Below, one piece after another: positions 14,401 to 29,400 of a stretch of 64,000 nucleotides of DNA. Source of the DNA: Yuukianura sp. NJ FZ-2021 (lineage: Eukaryota); contig CM102285.1 of the NCBI GenBank assembly GCA_046563655.1, forward strand, positions 7,316,001-7,380,000, written 5' to 3'. Both the position numbers and the translations under genes were made by a program. The stretch's first letter is position 1. Each line of letters opens with the position of its first letter. The notes under the pieces were generated by a model that was not told the DNA's origin, made no database searches, and was given only the letters and a program-made list of their open reading frames with translations.

Positions 14401-17400
14401 AAAGCTACATGAATCCAATTCCACTTGCTGTGTCGTCCCTCATCTTGTTACTTTTATTTATGAAAATTTGTTTCAAAACAAAGCATTCGAAAAACCTCAG
14501 TGCGGAACGATGCCGGGTGAAAATGACTTACTTTTCTGAACTCCTCCTGAAAAGTACTGCAGGACCCCAAGTTTAATTGGTGTGGACAGATCGCTATTAA
14601 AGCTGGATAGAGCGGACATAAAAGTCGGGATTAATCGCTCCGCCTCGAATTCTATCTGGGGTTTTTATACCGCACCCAGGGTAATGCCGAGCACCATTTC
14701 GACGTAAAACGACTTAAATTTGTGAGAATGAACATGCAAATGTGAGAATGAACGAAGAGTAGATTACATTTTTGAAATCCTCATAAAAAGTGCTACAGGA
14801 ACCCACTTTCACTTGCTGTGTCGTCACTCATCTTGTTCCCTTTATTTATGAAAATTCATGTTTCAAAACAAAGAATTCAAAAGAAATGCATTCCGTAACG
14901 ATGCTGGGTAAAAGTCAACTACATTTCTGAATTCCTCATAAAAAGTGCTACAGTAACCCACTTTCACTTGCTGTGTCGTCCCTCATCTTGTTACCTTTAT
15001 TTATGAAAATTCATGTTTCAAAACAACAAATTCAAGAAAGTTGCACTCCGGAACGATACTGGGTAGAAGTCAACTACAGTTTTGAAATCCTCATAAAAAA
15101 GGCTACATGAACCCAATTTCACTTGCTGTGTCGTCCCTCATCTCGTTACTTTTATTTATGAAAATTTGTTTCAAAACGAAGCATTCGAAAAACCTCAGAG
15201 CGGAACGATGCCGGGTGAAAATGACTTACTTTTCTGAACTCCTCCTGAAAAGTACTGCAGGACCCCAAGTTTAATTGGTGTGCATAGATCGCCATTAAAG
15301 CTGGATAGAGCGGACTTAAAAGTCGGAATTAATCGCTCCGCCTCGAATTTTATCTGGGGTTTTTATACCGCACCCAGGGTAATGCCGAGCACCATTTTGA
15401 CGTAAAACGACTTAAATTTGTGAGAATGAACAGGCAAATGTGAGAATGAACGAAAAGTAAATTACATTTTTAAAATCCTCATAAAAAGTGCTACAGGTAC
15501 ACACTTTCACTTGCTGTCTCGTCCCTCAACTTGTTACCTTTATTTTTGAAAATTCATGTTTCAAAACAAAGAATTCAAAAGAAATGCATTCCGTAACGAT
15601 GCTGGGTAAAAGTCAACTACATTTCTGAATTCCTCATAAAAAGTGCTACAGTAACCCACTTTAACTTGCTGTGTCGTCCCTCATCTTGTTACCTTTATTT
15701 ATGAAAATTCATGTTTCAAAACAACAAATTCAAGAAAGTTGCACTCCGGAACGATACTGGGTAGAAGTCAACTACAGTTTTGAAATCCTCATAAAAAAGG
15801 CTACATGAACCCAATTTCACTTGCTGTGTCGTCCCTCATCTCGTTACTTTTATTTATGAAAATTTGTTTCAAAACAAAGCATTCGAAAACCTCAGTGCGG
15901 AACGATGCCGGGTGAAAATGACTTACTTTTCTGAACTCCTCCTGAAAAGTACTGCAGGACCCCAAGTTTAATTGGTGTGGATAGATCGCCATTAAAGCTG
16001 GATAGAGCGGACTTTAAAGTCGGGATTAATCGCTCCGCCTCGAATTTTATCTGGGGTTTTTATACCGCACCCAGGGTAATGCCGAGCACCATTTTGACGT
16101 AAAACGACTTAAATTTGTGAGAATGAACAGGCAAATGTGAGAATGAACGAAAAGTAAATTACATTTTTGAAATCCTCATAAAAAGTGCTACAGGAACCCA
16201 CTTTCACTTGCTGTGTCGTCCCTCAGCTTGTTACCTTTATTTTTGAAAATTCATGTTTCAAAACAAAGAATTCAAAAGAAATGCATTCCGGAACGATGCT
16301 GGGTAAAAGTCAACTACATTTCTGAATTCCTCATAAAAAGTGCTACATGAAACCCACTTTCATTTGCTGTGTCGTCCCTCATCTTGTTACCTTTATTTAT
16401 GAAAATTCATGTTTCAAAACAACATTTCAAGAAAGTTGCACTCCGGAATGATACTGGGTAAAAGTCAACTACAGTTTTGAAATCCTCATAAAAAAGGCTA
16501 CATGAACCCAATTTCACTTGCTGTGTCGTCCCTCATCTCGTTACTTTTATTTATGAAAATTTGTTTCAAAACAAAGCATTCGAAAAACCTCAGTGCGGAA
16601 CGATGCCGGGTGAAAATGACTTACTTTTCTGAACTCCTCCTGAAAAGTACTGCAGGACCCCAAGTATAATTGTTGTGGATAGATCGCCATTAAAGCTGGA
16701 TAGAGCGGACATAAAAGTCGGGATTAATCGCTCCGCCTCGAATTCTATCTGGGGTTTTTATACCGCACCCAGGGTAATGCCGAGCACCATTTTGACGTAA
16801 AACGACTTAAATTTGTGAGAATGAACATGCAAATGTGGGAATGAACGAAGAGTAAATTACATTTTTGAAATCCTCATAAAAAGTGCTACAGGAACCTACT
16901 TTCACTTGCTGTGTCGTCACTCATCTTGTTCCCTTTATTTATGAAAATTCATGTTTCAAAACAAAGAATTCAAAAGAAATGCATTCCGGAACGATGCTGG
17001 GTAAAAGTCAACTACATTTCTGAATTCCTTATAAAAAGTGCTACAGGAACCCACTTTGATTTGCTGTGTCGTCCCTCATCTTGTTACCTTTATTTATGAA
17101 AATTCATGTTTCAAAACAACATTTCAAGAAAGTTGCACTCCGGAACGATACTGGGTAAAAGTCAACTACAGTTTTGAAATCCTCATAAAAAAGGCTACAT
17201 GAACCCAATTTCACTTGCTGTGTCGTCCCTCATCTCGTTACTTTTATTTATGAAAATTTGTTTCAAAACGAAGCATTCGAAAAACCTCAGAGCGGAACGA
17301 TGCCGGGTGAAAATGACTTACTTTTCTGAACTCCTCCTGAAAAGTACTGCAGGACCCCAAGTTTAATTGGTGTGCATAGATCGCCATTAAAGCTGGATAG

Positions 17401-20400
17401 AGCGGACTTAAAAGTCGGAATTAATCGCTCCGCCTCGAATTTTATCTGGGGTTTTTATACCGCACCCAGGGTAATGCCGAGCACCATTTTGACGTAAAAC
17501 GACTTAAATTTGTGAGAATGAACAGGCAAATGTGAGAATGAACGAAAAGTAAATTACATTTTTAAAATCCTCATAAAAAGTGCTACAGGTACACACTTTC
17601 ACTTGCTGTGTCGTCCCTCAACTTGTTACCTTTATTTTTGAAAATTCATGTTTCAAAACAAAGAATTCAAAAGAAATGCATTCCGTAACGATGCTGGGTA
17701 AAAGTCAACTACATTTCTGAATTCCTCATAAAAAGTGCTACAGTAACCCACTTTAACTTGCTGTGTCGTCCCTCATCTTGTTACCTTTATTTATGAAAAT
17801 TCATGTTTCAAAACAACAAATTCAAGAAAGTTGCACTCCGGAACGATACTGGGTAGAAGTCAACTACAGTTTTGAAATCCTCATAAAAAAGGCTACATGA
17901 ACCCAATTTCACTTGCTGTGTCGTCCCTCATCTCGTTACTTTTATTTATGAAAATTTGTTTCAAAACAAAGCATTCGAAAACCTCAGTGCGGAACGATGC
18001 CGGGTGAAAATGACTTACTTTTCTGAACTCCTCCTGAAAAGTACTGCAGGACCCCAAGTTTAATTGGTGTGGATAGATCGCCATTAAAGCTGGATAGAGC
18101 GGACTTTAAAGTCGGGATTAATCGCTCCGCCTCGAATTTTATCTGGGGTTTTTATACCGCACCCAGGGTAATGCCGAGCACCATTTTGACGTAAAACGAC
18201 TTAAATTTGTGAGAATGAACAGGCAAATGTGAGAATGAACGAAAAGTAAATTACATTTTTGAAATCCTCATAAAAAGTGCTACAGGAACCCACTTTCACT
18301 TGCTGTGTCGTCCCTCAGCTTGTTACCTTTATTTTTGAAAATTCATGTTTCAAAACAAAGAATTCAAAAGAAATGCATTCCGGAACGATGCTGGGTAAAA
18401 GTCAACTACATTTCTGAATTCCTCATAAAAAGTGCTACAGGAAACCACTTTCATTTGCTGTGTCGTCCCTCATCTTGTTACCTTTATTTATGAAAATTCA
18501 TGTTTCAAAACAACATTTCAAGAAAGTTGCACTCCGGAATGATACTGGGTAAAAGTCAACTACAGTTTTGAAATCCTCATAAAAAAGGCTACATGAACCC
18601 AATTTCACTTGCTGTGTCGTCCCTCATCTCGTTACTTTTATTTATGAAAATTTGTTTCAAAACAAAGCATTCGAAAAACCTCAGTGCGGAACGATGCCGG
18701 GTGAAAATGACTTACTTTTCTGAACTCCTCCTGAAAAGTACTGCAGGACCCCAAGTATAATTGTTGTGGATAGATCGCCATTAAAGCTGGATAGAGCGGA
18801 CATAAAAGTCGGGATTAATCGCTCCGCCTCGAATTCTATCTGGGGTTTTTATACCGCACCCAGGGTAATGCCGAGCACCATTTTGACGTAAAACGACTTA
18901 AATTTGTGAGAATGAACATGCAAATGTGGGAATGAACGAAGAGTAAATTACATTTTTGAAATCCTCATAAAAAGTGCTACAGGAACCTACTTTCACTTGC
19001 TGTGTCGTCACTCATCTTGTTCCCTTTATTTATGAAAATTCATGTTTCAAAACAAAGAATTCAAAAGAAATGCATTCCGGAACGATGCTGGGTAAAAGTC
19101 AACTACATTTCTGAATTCCTCATAAAAAGTGCTACAGGAACCCACTTTGATTTGCTGTGTCGTCCCTCATCTTGTTACCTTTATTTATGAAAATTCATGT
19201 TTCAAAACAACATTTCAAGAAAGTTGCACTCCGGAACGATACTGGGTAAAAGTCAACTACAGTTTTGAAATCCTCATAAAAAAGGCTACATGAACCCAAT
19301 TTCACTTGCTGTGTCGTCCCTCATCTCGTTACTTTTATTTATGAAAATTTGTTTCAAAACAAAGCATTCGAAAACCTCAGTGCGGAACGATGCCGGGTGA
19401 AAATGACTTACTTTTCTGAACTCCTCCTGAAAAGTACTGCAGGACCCCAAGTTTAATTGGTGTGGATAGATCGCCATTAAAGCTGGATAGAGCGGACTTT
19501 AAAGTCGGGATTAATCGCTCCGCCTCGAATTTTATCTGGGGTTTTTATACCGCACCCAGGGTAATGCCGAGCACCATTTTGACGTAAAACGACTTAAATT
19601 TGTGAGAATGAACAGGCAAATGTGAGAATGAACGAAAAGTAAATTACATTTTTGAAATCCTCATAAAAAGTGCTACAGGAACCTACTTTCACTTGCTGTG
19701 TCGTCACTCATCTTGTTCCCTTTATTTATGAAAATTCATGTTTCAAAACAAAGAATTCAAAAGAAATGCATTCCGGAACGATGCTGGGTAAAAGTCAACT
19801 ACATTTCTGAATTCCTCATAAAAAGTGCTACAGGAACCCACTTTGATTTGCTGTGTCGTCCCTCATCTTGTTACCTTTATTTATGAAAATTCATGTTTCA
19901 AAACAATATTTCAAGAAAGTTGCACTCCGGAACGATACTGGGTAAAAGTCAACTACAGTTTTGAAATCCTCATAAAAAAGGCTACATGAACCCAATTTCA
20001 CTTGCTGTGTCGTCCCTCATCTCGTTACTTTTATTTATGAAAATTTGTTTCAAAACAAAGCATTCGAAAACCTCAGTGCGGAACGATGCCGTGTGAAAAT
20101 GACTTACTTTTCTGAACTCCTCCTGAAAAGTACTGCAGGACCCCAAGTTTAATTGGTGTGGATAGATCGCCATTAAAGCTGGATAGAGCGGACTTTAAAG
20201 TCGGGATTAATCGCTCCGCCTCGAATTTTATCTGGGGTTTTTATACCGCACCCAGGGTAATGCCGAGCACCATTTTGACGTAAAACGACTTAAATTTGTG
20301 AGAATGAACAGGCAAATGTGAGAATGAACGAAAAGTAAATTACATTTTTGAAATCCTCATAAAAAGTGCTACAGGAACCCACTTTCACTTGCTGTGTCGT

Positions 20401-23400
20401 CCCTCAGCTTGTTACCTTTATTTTTGAAAATTCATGTTTCAAAACAAAGAATTCAAAAGAAATGCATTCCGGAACGATGCTGGGTAAAAGTCAACTACAT
20501 TTCTGAATTCCTCATAAAAAGTGCTACAGGAAACCACTTTCATTTGCTGTGTCGTCCCTCATCTTGTTACCTTTATTTATGAAAATTCATGTTTCAAAAC
20601 AACATTTCAAGAAAGTTGCACTCCGGAATGATACTGGGTAAAAGTCAACTACAGTTTTGAAATCCTCATAAAAAAGGCTACATGAACCCAATTTCACTTG
20701 CTGTGTCGTCCGTCATCTCGTTACTTTTATTTATGAAAATTTGTTTCAAAACAAAGCATTCGAAAAACCTCAGTGCGGAACGATGCCGGGTGAAAATGAC
20801 TTACTTTTCTGAACTCCTCCTGAAAAGTACTGCAGGACCCCAAGTATAATTGTTGTGGATAGATCGCCATTAAAGCTGGAAAGAGCGGACATAAAAGTCG
20901 GGATTAATCGCTCCGCCTCGAATTTTATCTGGGGTTTTTATACCGCACCCAGGGTAATGCCGAGCACCATTTTGACGCAAAACGAATTGAATTTGTAAGA
21001 ATGAACATGCAAATGTGAGAATCAACGAAGAGTAAATTACATTTTTGAAATCCTCATAAAAAGTGCTACAGGAACCTACTTTCACTTGCTGTGTCGTCAC
21101 TCATCTTGTTCCCTTTATTTATGAAAATTCATGTTTCAAAACAAAGAATTCAAAAGAAATGCATTCCGGAACGATGCTGGGTAAAAGTCAACTACATTTC
21201 TGAATTCCTCATAAAAAGTGCTACAGGAACCCACTTTGATTTGCTGTGTCGTCCCTCATCTTGTTACCTTTATTTATGAAAATTCATGTTTCAAAACAAC
21301 ATTTCAAGAAAGTTGCACTCCGGAACGATACTGGGTAAAAGTCAACTACAGTTTTGAAATCCTCATAAAAAAGGCTACATGAACCCAATTTCACTTGCTG
21401 TGTCGTCCCTCATCTCGTTACTTTTATTTATGAAAATTTGTTTCAAAACAAAGCATTCGAAAACCTCAGTGCGGAACGATGCCGGGTGAAAATGACTTAC
21501 TTTTCTGAACTCCTCCTGAAAAGTACTGCAGGACCCCAAGTTTAATTGGTGTGGATAGATCGCCATTAAAGCTGGATAGAGCGGACTTTAAAGTCGGGAT
21601 TAATCGCTCCGCCTCGAATTTTATCTGGGGTTTTTATACCGCACCCAGGGTAATGCCGAGCACCATTTTGACGTAAAACGACTTAAATTTGTGAGAATGA
21701 ACAGGCAAATGTGAGAATGAACGAAAAGTAAATTACATTTTTGAAATCCTCATAAAAAGTGCTACAGGAACCTACTTTCACTTGCTGTGTCGTCACTCAT
21801 CTTGTTCCCTTTATTTATGAAAATTCATGTTTCAAAACAAAGAATTCAAAAGAAATGCATTCCGGAACGATGCTGGGTAAAAGTCAACTACATTTCTGAA
21901 TTCCTCATAAAAAGTGCTACAGGAACCCACTTTGATTTGCTGTGTCGTCCCTCATCTTGTTACCTTTATTTATGAAAATTCATGTTTCAAAACAATATTT
22001 CAAGAAAGTTGCACTCCGGAACGATACTGGGTAAAAGTCAACTACAGTTTTGAAATCCTCATAAAAAAGGCTACATGAACACATGAACCCAATTTCACTT
22101 GCTGTGTCGTCCCTCATCTCGTTACTTTTATTTATGAAAATTTGTTTCAAAACAAAGCATTCGAAAACCTCAGTGCGGAACGATGCCGGGTGAAAATGAC
22201 TTACTTTTCTGAACTCCTCCTGAAAAGTACTGCAGGACCCCAAGTTTAATTGGTGTGGATAGATCGCCATTAAAGCTGGATAGAGCGGACTTTAAAGTCG
22301 GGATTAATCGCTCCGCCTCGAATTTTATCTGGGGTTTTTATACCGCACCCAGGGTAATGCCGAGCACCATTTTGACGTAAAACGACTTAAATTTGTGAGA
22401 ATGAACAGGCAAATGTGAGAATGAACGAAAAGTAAATTACATTTTTGAAATCCTCATAAAAAGTGCTACAGGAACCCACTTTCACTTGCTGTGTCGTCCC
22501 TCAGCTTGTTACCTTTATTTTTGAAAATTCATGTTTCAAAACAACAAATTCAAGAAAGTTGCACTCCGGAACGATACTGGGTAAAAGTCAACTACAGTTT
22601 TGAAATCCTCATACAAAAAGCTACATGAATCCAATTCCACTTGCTGTGTCGTCCCTCATCTTGTTACTTTTATTTATGAAAATTTGTTTCAAAACAAAGC
22701 ATTCGAAAAACCTCAGTGCGGAACGATGCCGGGTGAAAATGACTTACTTTTCTGAACTCCTCCTGAAAAGTACTGCAGGACCCCAAGTTTAATTGGTGTG
22801 GATAGATCGCCATTAAAGCTGGATAGAGCGGACTTTAAAGTCGGGATTAATCGCTCCGCCTCGAATTTTATCTGGGGTTTTTATACCGCACCCAGGGTAA
22901 TGCCGAGCACCATTTTGACGTAAAACGACTTAAATTTGTGAGAATGAACAGGCAAATGTGAGAATGAACGAAAAGTAAATTACATTTTTGAAATCCTCAT
23001 AAAAAGTGCTACAGGAACCCACTTTCACTTGCTGTGTCGTCCCTCAGCTTGTTACCTTTATTTTTGAAAATTCATGTTTCAAAACAACAAATTCAAGAAA
23101 GTTGCACTCCGGAACGATACTGGGTACAAGTCAACTACAGTTTTGAAATCCTCATACAAAAAGCTACATGAATCCAATTCCACTTGCTGTGTCGTCCCTC
23201 ATCTTGTTACTTTTATTTATGAAAATTTGTTTCAAAACAAAGCATTCGAAAAACCTCAGTGCGGAACGATGCCGGGTGAAAATGACTTACTTTTCTGAAC
23301 TCCTCCTGAAAAGTACTGCAGGACCCCAAGTTTAATTGGTGTGGACAGATCGCTATTTAAAGCTGGATAGAGCGGACATAAAAGTCGGGATTAATCGCTC

Positions 23401-26400
23401 CGCCTCGAATTCTATCTGGGGTTTTTATACCGCACCCAGGGTAATGCCGAGCACCATTTCGACGTAAAACGACTTAAATTTGTGAGAATGAACATGCAAA
23501 TGTGAGAATGAACGAAGAGTAGATTACATTTTTGAAATCCTCATAAAAAGTGCTACAGGAACCTACTTTCACTTGCTGTGTCGTCACTCATCTTGTTCCC
23601 TTTATTTATGAAAATTCATGTTTCAAAACAAAGAATTCAAAAGAAATGCATTCCGGAACGATGCTGGGTAAAAGTCAACTACATTTCTGAATTCCTCATA
23701 AAAAGTGCTACAGGAACCCACTTTGATTTGCTGTGTCGTCCCTCATCTTGTTACCTTTATTTATGAAAATTCATGTTTCAAAACAACATTTCAAGAAAGT
23801 TGCACTCCGGAACGATACTGGGTAAAAGTCAACTACAGTTTTGAAATCCTCATAAAAAAGGCTACATGAACCCAATTTCACTTGCTGTGTCGTCCCTCAT
23901 CTCGTTACTTTTATTTATGAAAATTTGTTTCAAAACAAAGCATTCGAAAACCTCAGTGCGGAACGATGCCGGGTGAAAATGACTTACTTTTCTGAACTCC
24001 TCCTGAAAAGTACTGCAGGACCCCAAGTTTAATTGGAGTGGATAGATCGCCATTAAAGCTGGATAGAGCGGACTTTAAAGTCGGGATTAATCGCTCCGCC
24101 TCGAATTTTATCTGGGGTTTTTATACCGCACCCAGGGTAATGCCGAGCACCATTTTGACGTAAAACGACTTAAATTTGTGAGAATGAACAGGCAAATGTG
24201 AGAATGAACGAAAAGTAAATTACATTTTTGAAATCCTCATAAAAAGTGCTACAGGAACCTACTTTCACTTGCTGTGTCGTCACTCATCTTGTTCCCTTTA
24301 TTTATGAAAATTCATGTTTCAAAACAAAGAATTCAAAAGAAATGCATTCCGGAACGATGCTGGGTAAAAGTCAACTACATTTCTGAATTCCTCATAAAAA
24401 GTGCTACAGGAACCCACTTTGATTTGCTGTGTCGTCCCTCATCTTGTTACCTTTATTTATGAAAATTCATGTTTCAAAACAATATTTCAAGAAAGTTGCA
24501 CTCCGGAACGATACTGGGTACAAGTCAACTACAGTTTTGAAATCCTCATACAAAAGGCTACATGAATCCAATTCCACTTGCTGTGTCGTCCCTCATCTTG
24601 TTACTTTTATTTATGAAAATTTGTTTCAAAACAAAGCATTCGAAAAACCTCAGTGCGGAACGATGCCGGGTGAAAATGACTTACTTTTCTGAACTCCTCC
24701 TGAAAAGTACTGCAGGACCCCAAGTTTAATTGGTGTGGACAGATCGCTATTAAAGCTGGATAGAGCGGACATAAAAGTCGGGATTAATCGCTCCGCCTCG
24801 AATTCTATCTGGGGTTTTTATACCGCACCCAGGGTAATGCCGAGCACCATTTTGACGTAAAACGACTTAAATTTGTGAGAATGAACAGGCAAATGTGAGA
24901 ATGAACGAAAAGTAAATTACATTTTTGAAATCCTCATAAAAAGTGCTACAGGAACCTACTTTCACTTGCTGTGTCGTCACTCATCTTGTTCCCTTTATTT
25001 ATGAAAATTCATGTTTCAAAACAAAGAATTCAAAAGAAATGCATTCCGGAACGATGCTGGGTAAAAGTCAACTACATTTCTGAATTCCTCATAAAAAGTG
25101 CTACAGGAACCCACTTTGATTTGCTGTGTCGTCCCTCATCTTGTTACCTTTATTTATGAAAATTCATGTTTCAAAACAATATTTCAAGAAAGTTGCACTC
25201 CGGAACGATACTGGGTAAAAGTCAACTACAGTTTTGAAATCCTCATAAAAAAGGCTACATGAACCCAATTTCACTTGCTGTGTCGTCCCTCATCTCGTTA
25301 CTTTTATTTATGAAAATTTGTTTCAAAACAAAGCATTCGAAAACCTCAGTGCGGAACGATGCCGGGTGAAAATGACTTACTTTTCTGAACTCCTCCTGAA
25401 AAGTACTGCAGGACCCCAAGTTTAATTGGTGTTGATAGATCGCCATTAAAGCTGGATAGAGCGGACTTTAAAGTCGGGATTAATCGCTCCGCCTCGAATT
25501 TTATCTGGGGTTTTTATACCGCACCCAGGGTAATGCCGAGCACCATTTTGACGTAAAACGACTTAAATTTGTGAGAATGAACAGGCAAATGTGAGAATGA
25601 ACGAAAAGTAAATTACATTTTTGAAATCCTCATAAAAAGTGCTACAGGAACCCACTTTCACTTGCTGTGTCGTCCCTCAGCTTGTTACCTTTATTTTTGA
25701 AAATTCATGTTTCAAAACAACAAATTCAAGAAAGTTGCACTCCGGAACGATACTGGGTAAAAGTCAACTACAGTTTTGAAATCCTCATACAAAAAGCCAC
25801 ATGAATCCAATTCCACTTGCTGTGTCGTCCCTCATCTTGTTACTTTTATTTATGAAAATTTGTTTCAAAACAAAGCATTCGAAAAACCTCAGTGCGGAAC
25901 GATGCCGGGTGAAAATGACTTACTTTTCTGAACTCCTCCTGAAAAGTACTGCAGGACCCCAAGTTTAATTGGTGTGGATAGATCGCCATTAAAGCTGGAT
26001 AGAGCGGACTTTAAAGTCGGGATTAATCGCTCCGCCTCGAATTTTATCTGGGGTTTTTATACCGCACCCAGGGTAATGCCGAGCACCATTTTGACGTAAA
26101 ACGACTTAAATTTGTGAGAATGAACAGGCAAATGTGAGAATGAACGAAAAGTAAATTACATTTTTGAAATCCTCATAAAAAGTGCTACAGGAACCCACTT
26201 TCACTTGCTGTGTCGTCCCTCAGCTTGTTACCTTTATTTTTGAAAATTCATGTTTCAAAACAACAAATTCAAGAAAGTTGCACTCCGGAACGATACTGGG
26301 TACAAGTCAACTACAGTTTTGAAATCCTCATACAAAAAGCTACATGAATCCAATTCCACTTGCTGTGTCGTCCCTCATCTTGTTACTTTTATTTATGAAA

Positions 26401-29400
26401 ATTTGTTTCAAAACAAAGCATTCGAAAAACCTCAGTGCGGAACGATGCCGGGTGAAAATGACTTACTTTTCTGAACTCCTCCTGAAAAGTACTGCAGGAC
26501 CCCAAGTTTAATTGGTGTGGACAGATCGCTATTAAAGCTGGATAGAGCGGACATAAAAGTCGGGATTAATCGCTCCGCCTCGAATTCTATCTGGGGTTTT
26601 TATACCGCACCCAGGGTAATGCCGAGCACCATTTCGACGTAAAACGACTTAAATTTGTGAGAATGAACATGCAAATGTGAGAATGAACGAAGAGTAAATT
26701 ACATTTTTGAAATCCTCATAAAAAGTGCTACAGGAACCCACTTTCACTTGCTGTGTCGTCACTCATCTTGTTCCCTTTATTTATGAAAATTCATGTTTCA
26801 AAACAAAGAATTCAAAAGAAATGCATTCCGGAACGATGCTGGGTAAAAGTCAACTACATTTCTGAATTCCTCATAAAAAGTGCTACAGGAACCCACTTTG
26901 ATTTGCTGTGTCGTCCCTCATCTTGTTACCTTTATTTATGAAAATTCATGTTTCAAAACAACATTTCAAGAAAGTTGCACTCCGGAACGATACTGGGTAA
27001 AAGTCAACTACAGTTTTGAAATCCTCATAAAAAAGGCTACATGAACCCAATTTCACTTGCTGTGTCGTCCCTCATCTCGTTACTTTTATTTATGAAAATT
27101 TGTTTCAAAACAAAGCATTCGAAAACCTCAGTGCGGAACGATGCCGGGTGAAAATGACTTACTTTTCTGAACTCCTCCTGAAAAGCACTGCAGGACCCCA
27201 AGTTTAATTGGTGTGGATAGATCGCCATTAAAGCTGGATAGAGCGGACTTTAAAGTCGGGATTAATCGCTCCGCCTCGAATTTTATCTGGGGTTTTTATA
27301 CCGCACCCAGGGTAATGCCGAGCACCATTTTGACGTAAAACTACTTAAATTTGTGAGAATGAACAGGCAAATGTGAGAATGAACGAAAAGTAAATTACAT
27401 TTTTGAAATCCTCATAAAAAGTGCTACAGGAACCCACTTTCACTTGCTGTGTCGTCCCTCAGCTTGTTACCTTTATTTTTGAAAATTCATGTTTCAAAAC
27501 AACAAATTCAAGAAAGTTGCACTCCGGAACGATACTGGGTAAAAGTCAACTACAGTTTTGAAATCCTCATACAAAAAGCTACATGAATCCAATTCCACTT
27601 GCTGTGTCGTCCCTCATCTTGTTACTTTTATTTATGAAAATTTGTTTCAAAACAAAGCATTCGAAAAACCTCAGTGCGGAACGATGCCGGGTGAAAATGA
27701 CTTACTTTTCTGAACTCCTCCTGAAAAGTACTGCAGGACCCCAAGTTTAATTGGTGTGGACAGATCGCTATTAAAGCTGGATAGAGCGGACATAAAAGTC
27801 GGGATTAATCGCTCCGCCTCGAATTCTATCTGGGGTTTTTATACCGCACCCAGGGTAATGCCGAGCACCATTTCGACGTAAAACGACTTAAATTTGTGAG
27901 AATGAACATGCAAATGTGAGAATGAACGAAGAGTAGATTACATTTTTGAAATCCTCATAAAAAGTGCTACAGGAACCCACTTTCACTTGCTGTGTCGTCA
28001 CTCATCTTGTTCCCTTTATTTATGAAAATTCATGTTTCAAAACAAAGAATTCAAAAGAAATGCATTCCGTAACGATGCTGGGTAAAAGTCAACTACATTT
28101 CTGAATTCCTCATAAAAAGTGCTACAGTAACCCACTTTCACTTGCTGTGTCGTCCCTCATCTTGTTACCTTTATTTTTGAAAATTCATGTTTCCAAACAA
28201 CAAATTCAAGAAAGTTGCACTCCGGACCGATACTGGGTAAAAGTCAACTACAGTTTTGAAATCCTCATAAAAAAGGCTACATGAACCCAATTCCACTTGC
28301 TGTGTCGTCCCTCATCTCGTTACTTTTATTTATGAAAATTTGTTTCAAAACAAAGCATTCAAAAGAAATGCATTCCGGAACGATGCTGGGTAAAAGTCAA
28401 CTACATTTCTGAATTCCTCGTAAAAAGTGCTACGCAACCCACTTTCACTTGCTGTGTCGTCCGTCATCTTGTTCCCTTTATTTATGAAAACTCATGTTTC
28501 AAAACAAAGAATTCAAAAGAAATGCATTCCGGAACCATGCTGGGTAAAAGTCAACTACATTTCTTAATTCCTCATAAAAAGTGCTACAGTAACCCACTTT
28601 CACTTGCTGTGTCGCCCTCATCTTGTTACCTTTATTTATGAAAATTCATGTTTCAAAACAACAAATTCAAGAAAGTTGCACTCCGGAACGATACTGGGTA
28701 AAAGTCAACTACAGTTTTGAAATCCTCATAAAAAAGGCTACATGAACCCAATTTCACTTGCTGTGTCGTCCCTCATCTCGTTACTTTTATTTATGAAAAT
28801 TTGTTTCAAAACAAAGCATTCGAAAAACCTCAGTGCGGAACGATGCCGGGTGAAAATGACTTACTTTTCTGAACTCCTCCTGAAAAGTACTGCAGGACCC
28901 CAAGTTTAATTGGTGTGGATAGATCGCCATTAAAGCTGGATAGAGCGGACTTGAAAGTCGGGATTAATCTATCCGCCTCGAATTTTATTTGGGGTTTTTA
29001 TACCGCACCCACGATAATGCCGAGCACCATTTTGACGTAAAACGACTTAAATTTGTGAGAATGAACAGGCAAATGTGAGAATGAACGAAAAGTAAATTAC
29101 ATTTTTGAAATCCTCATAAAAAGTGCTACAGGTACACACTTTCACTTGCTGTGTCGTCACTCATCTTGTTCCCTTTATTTATGAAAATTCATGTTTCAAA
29201 ACAAAGAATTCAAAAGAAATGCATTCCGTAACGATGCTGGGTAAAAGTCAACTACATTTCTGAATTCCTCATAAAAAGTGCTACAGTAACCCACTTTCAC
29301 TTGCTGTGTCGTCCCTCATCTTGTTACCTTTATTTTTGAAAATTCATGTTTCCAAACAACAAATTCAAGAAAGTTGCACTCCGGACCGATACTGGGTAAA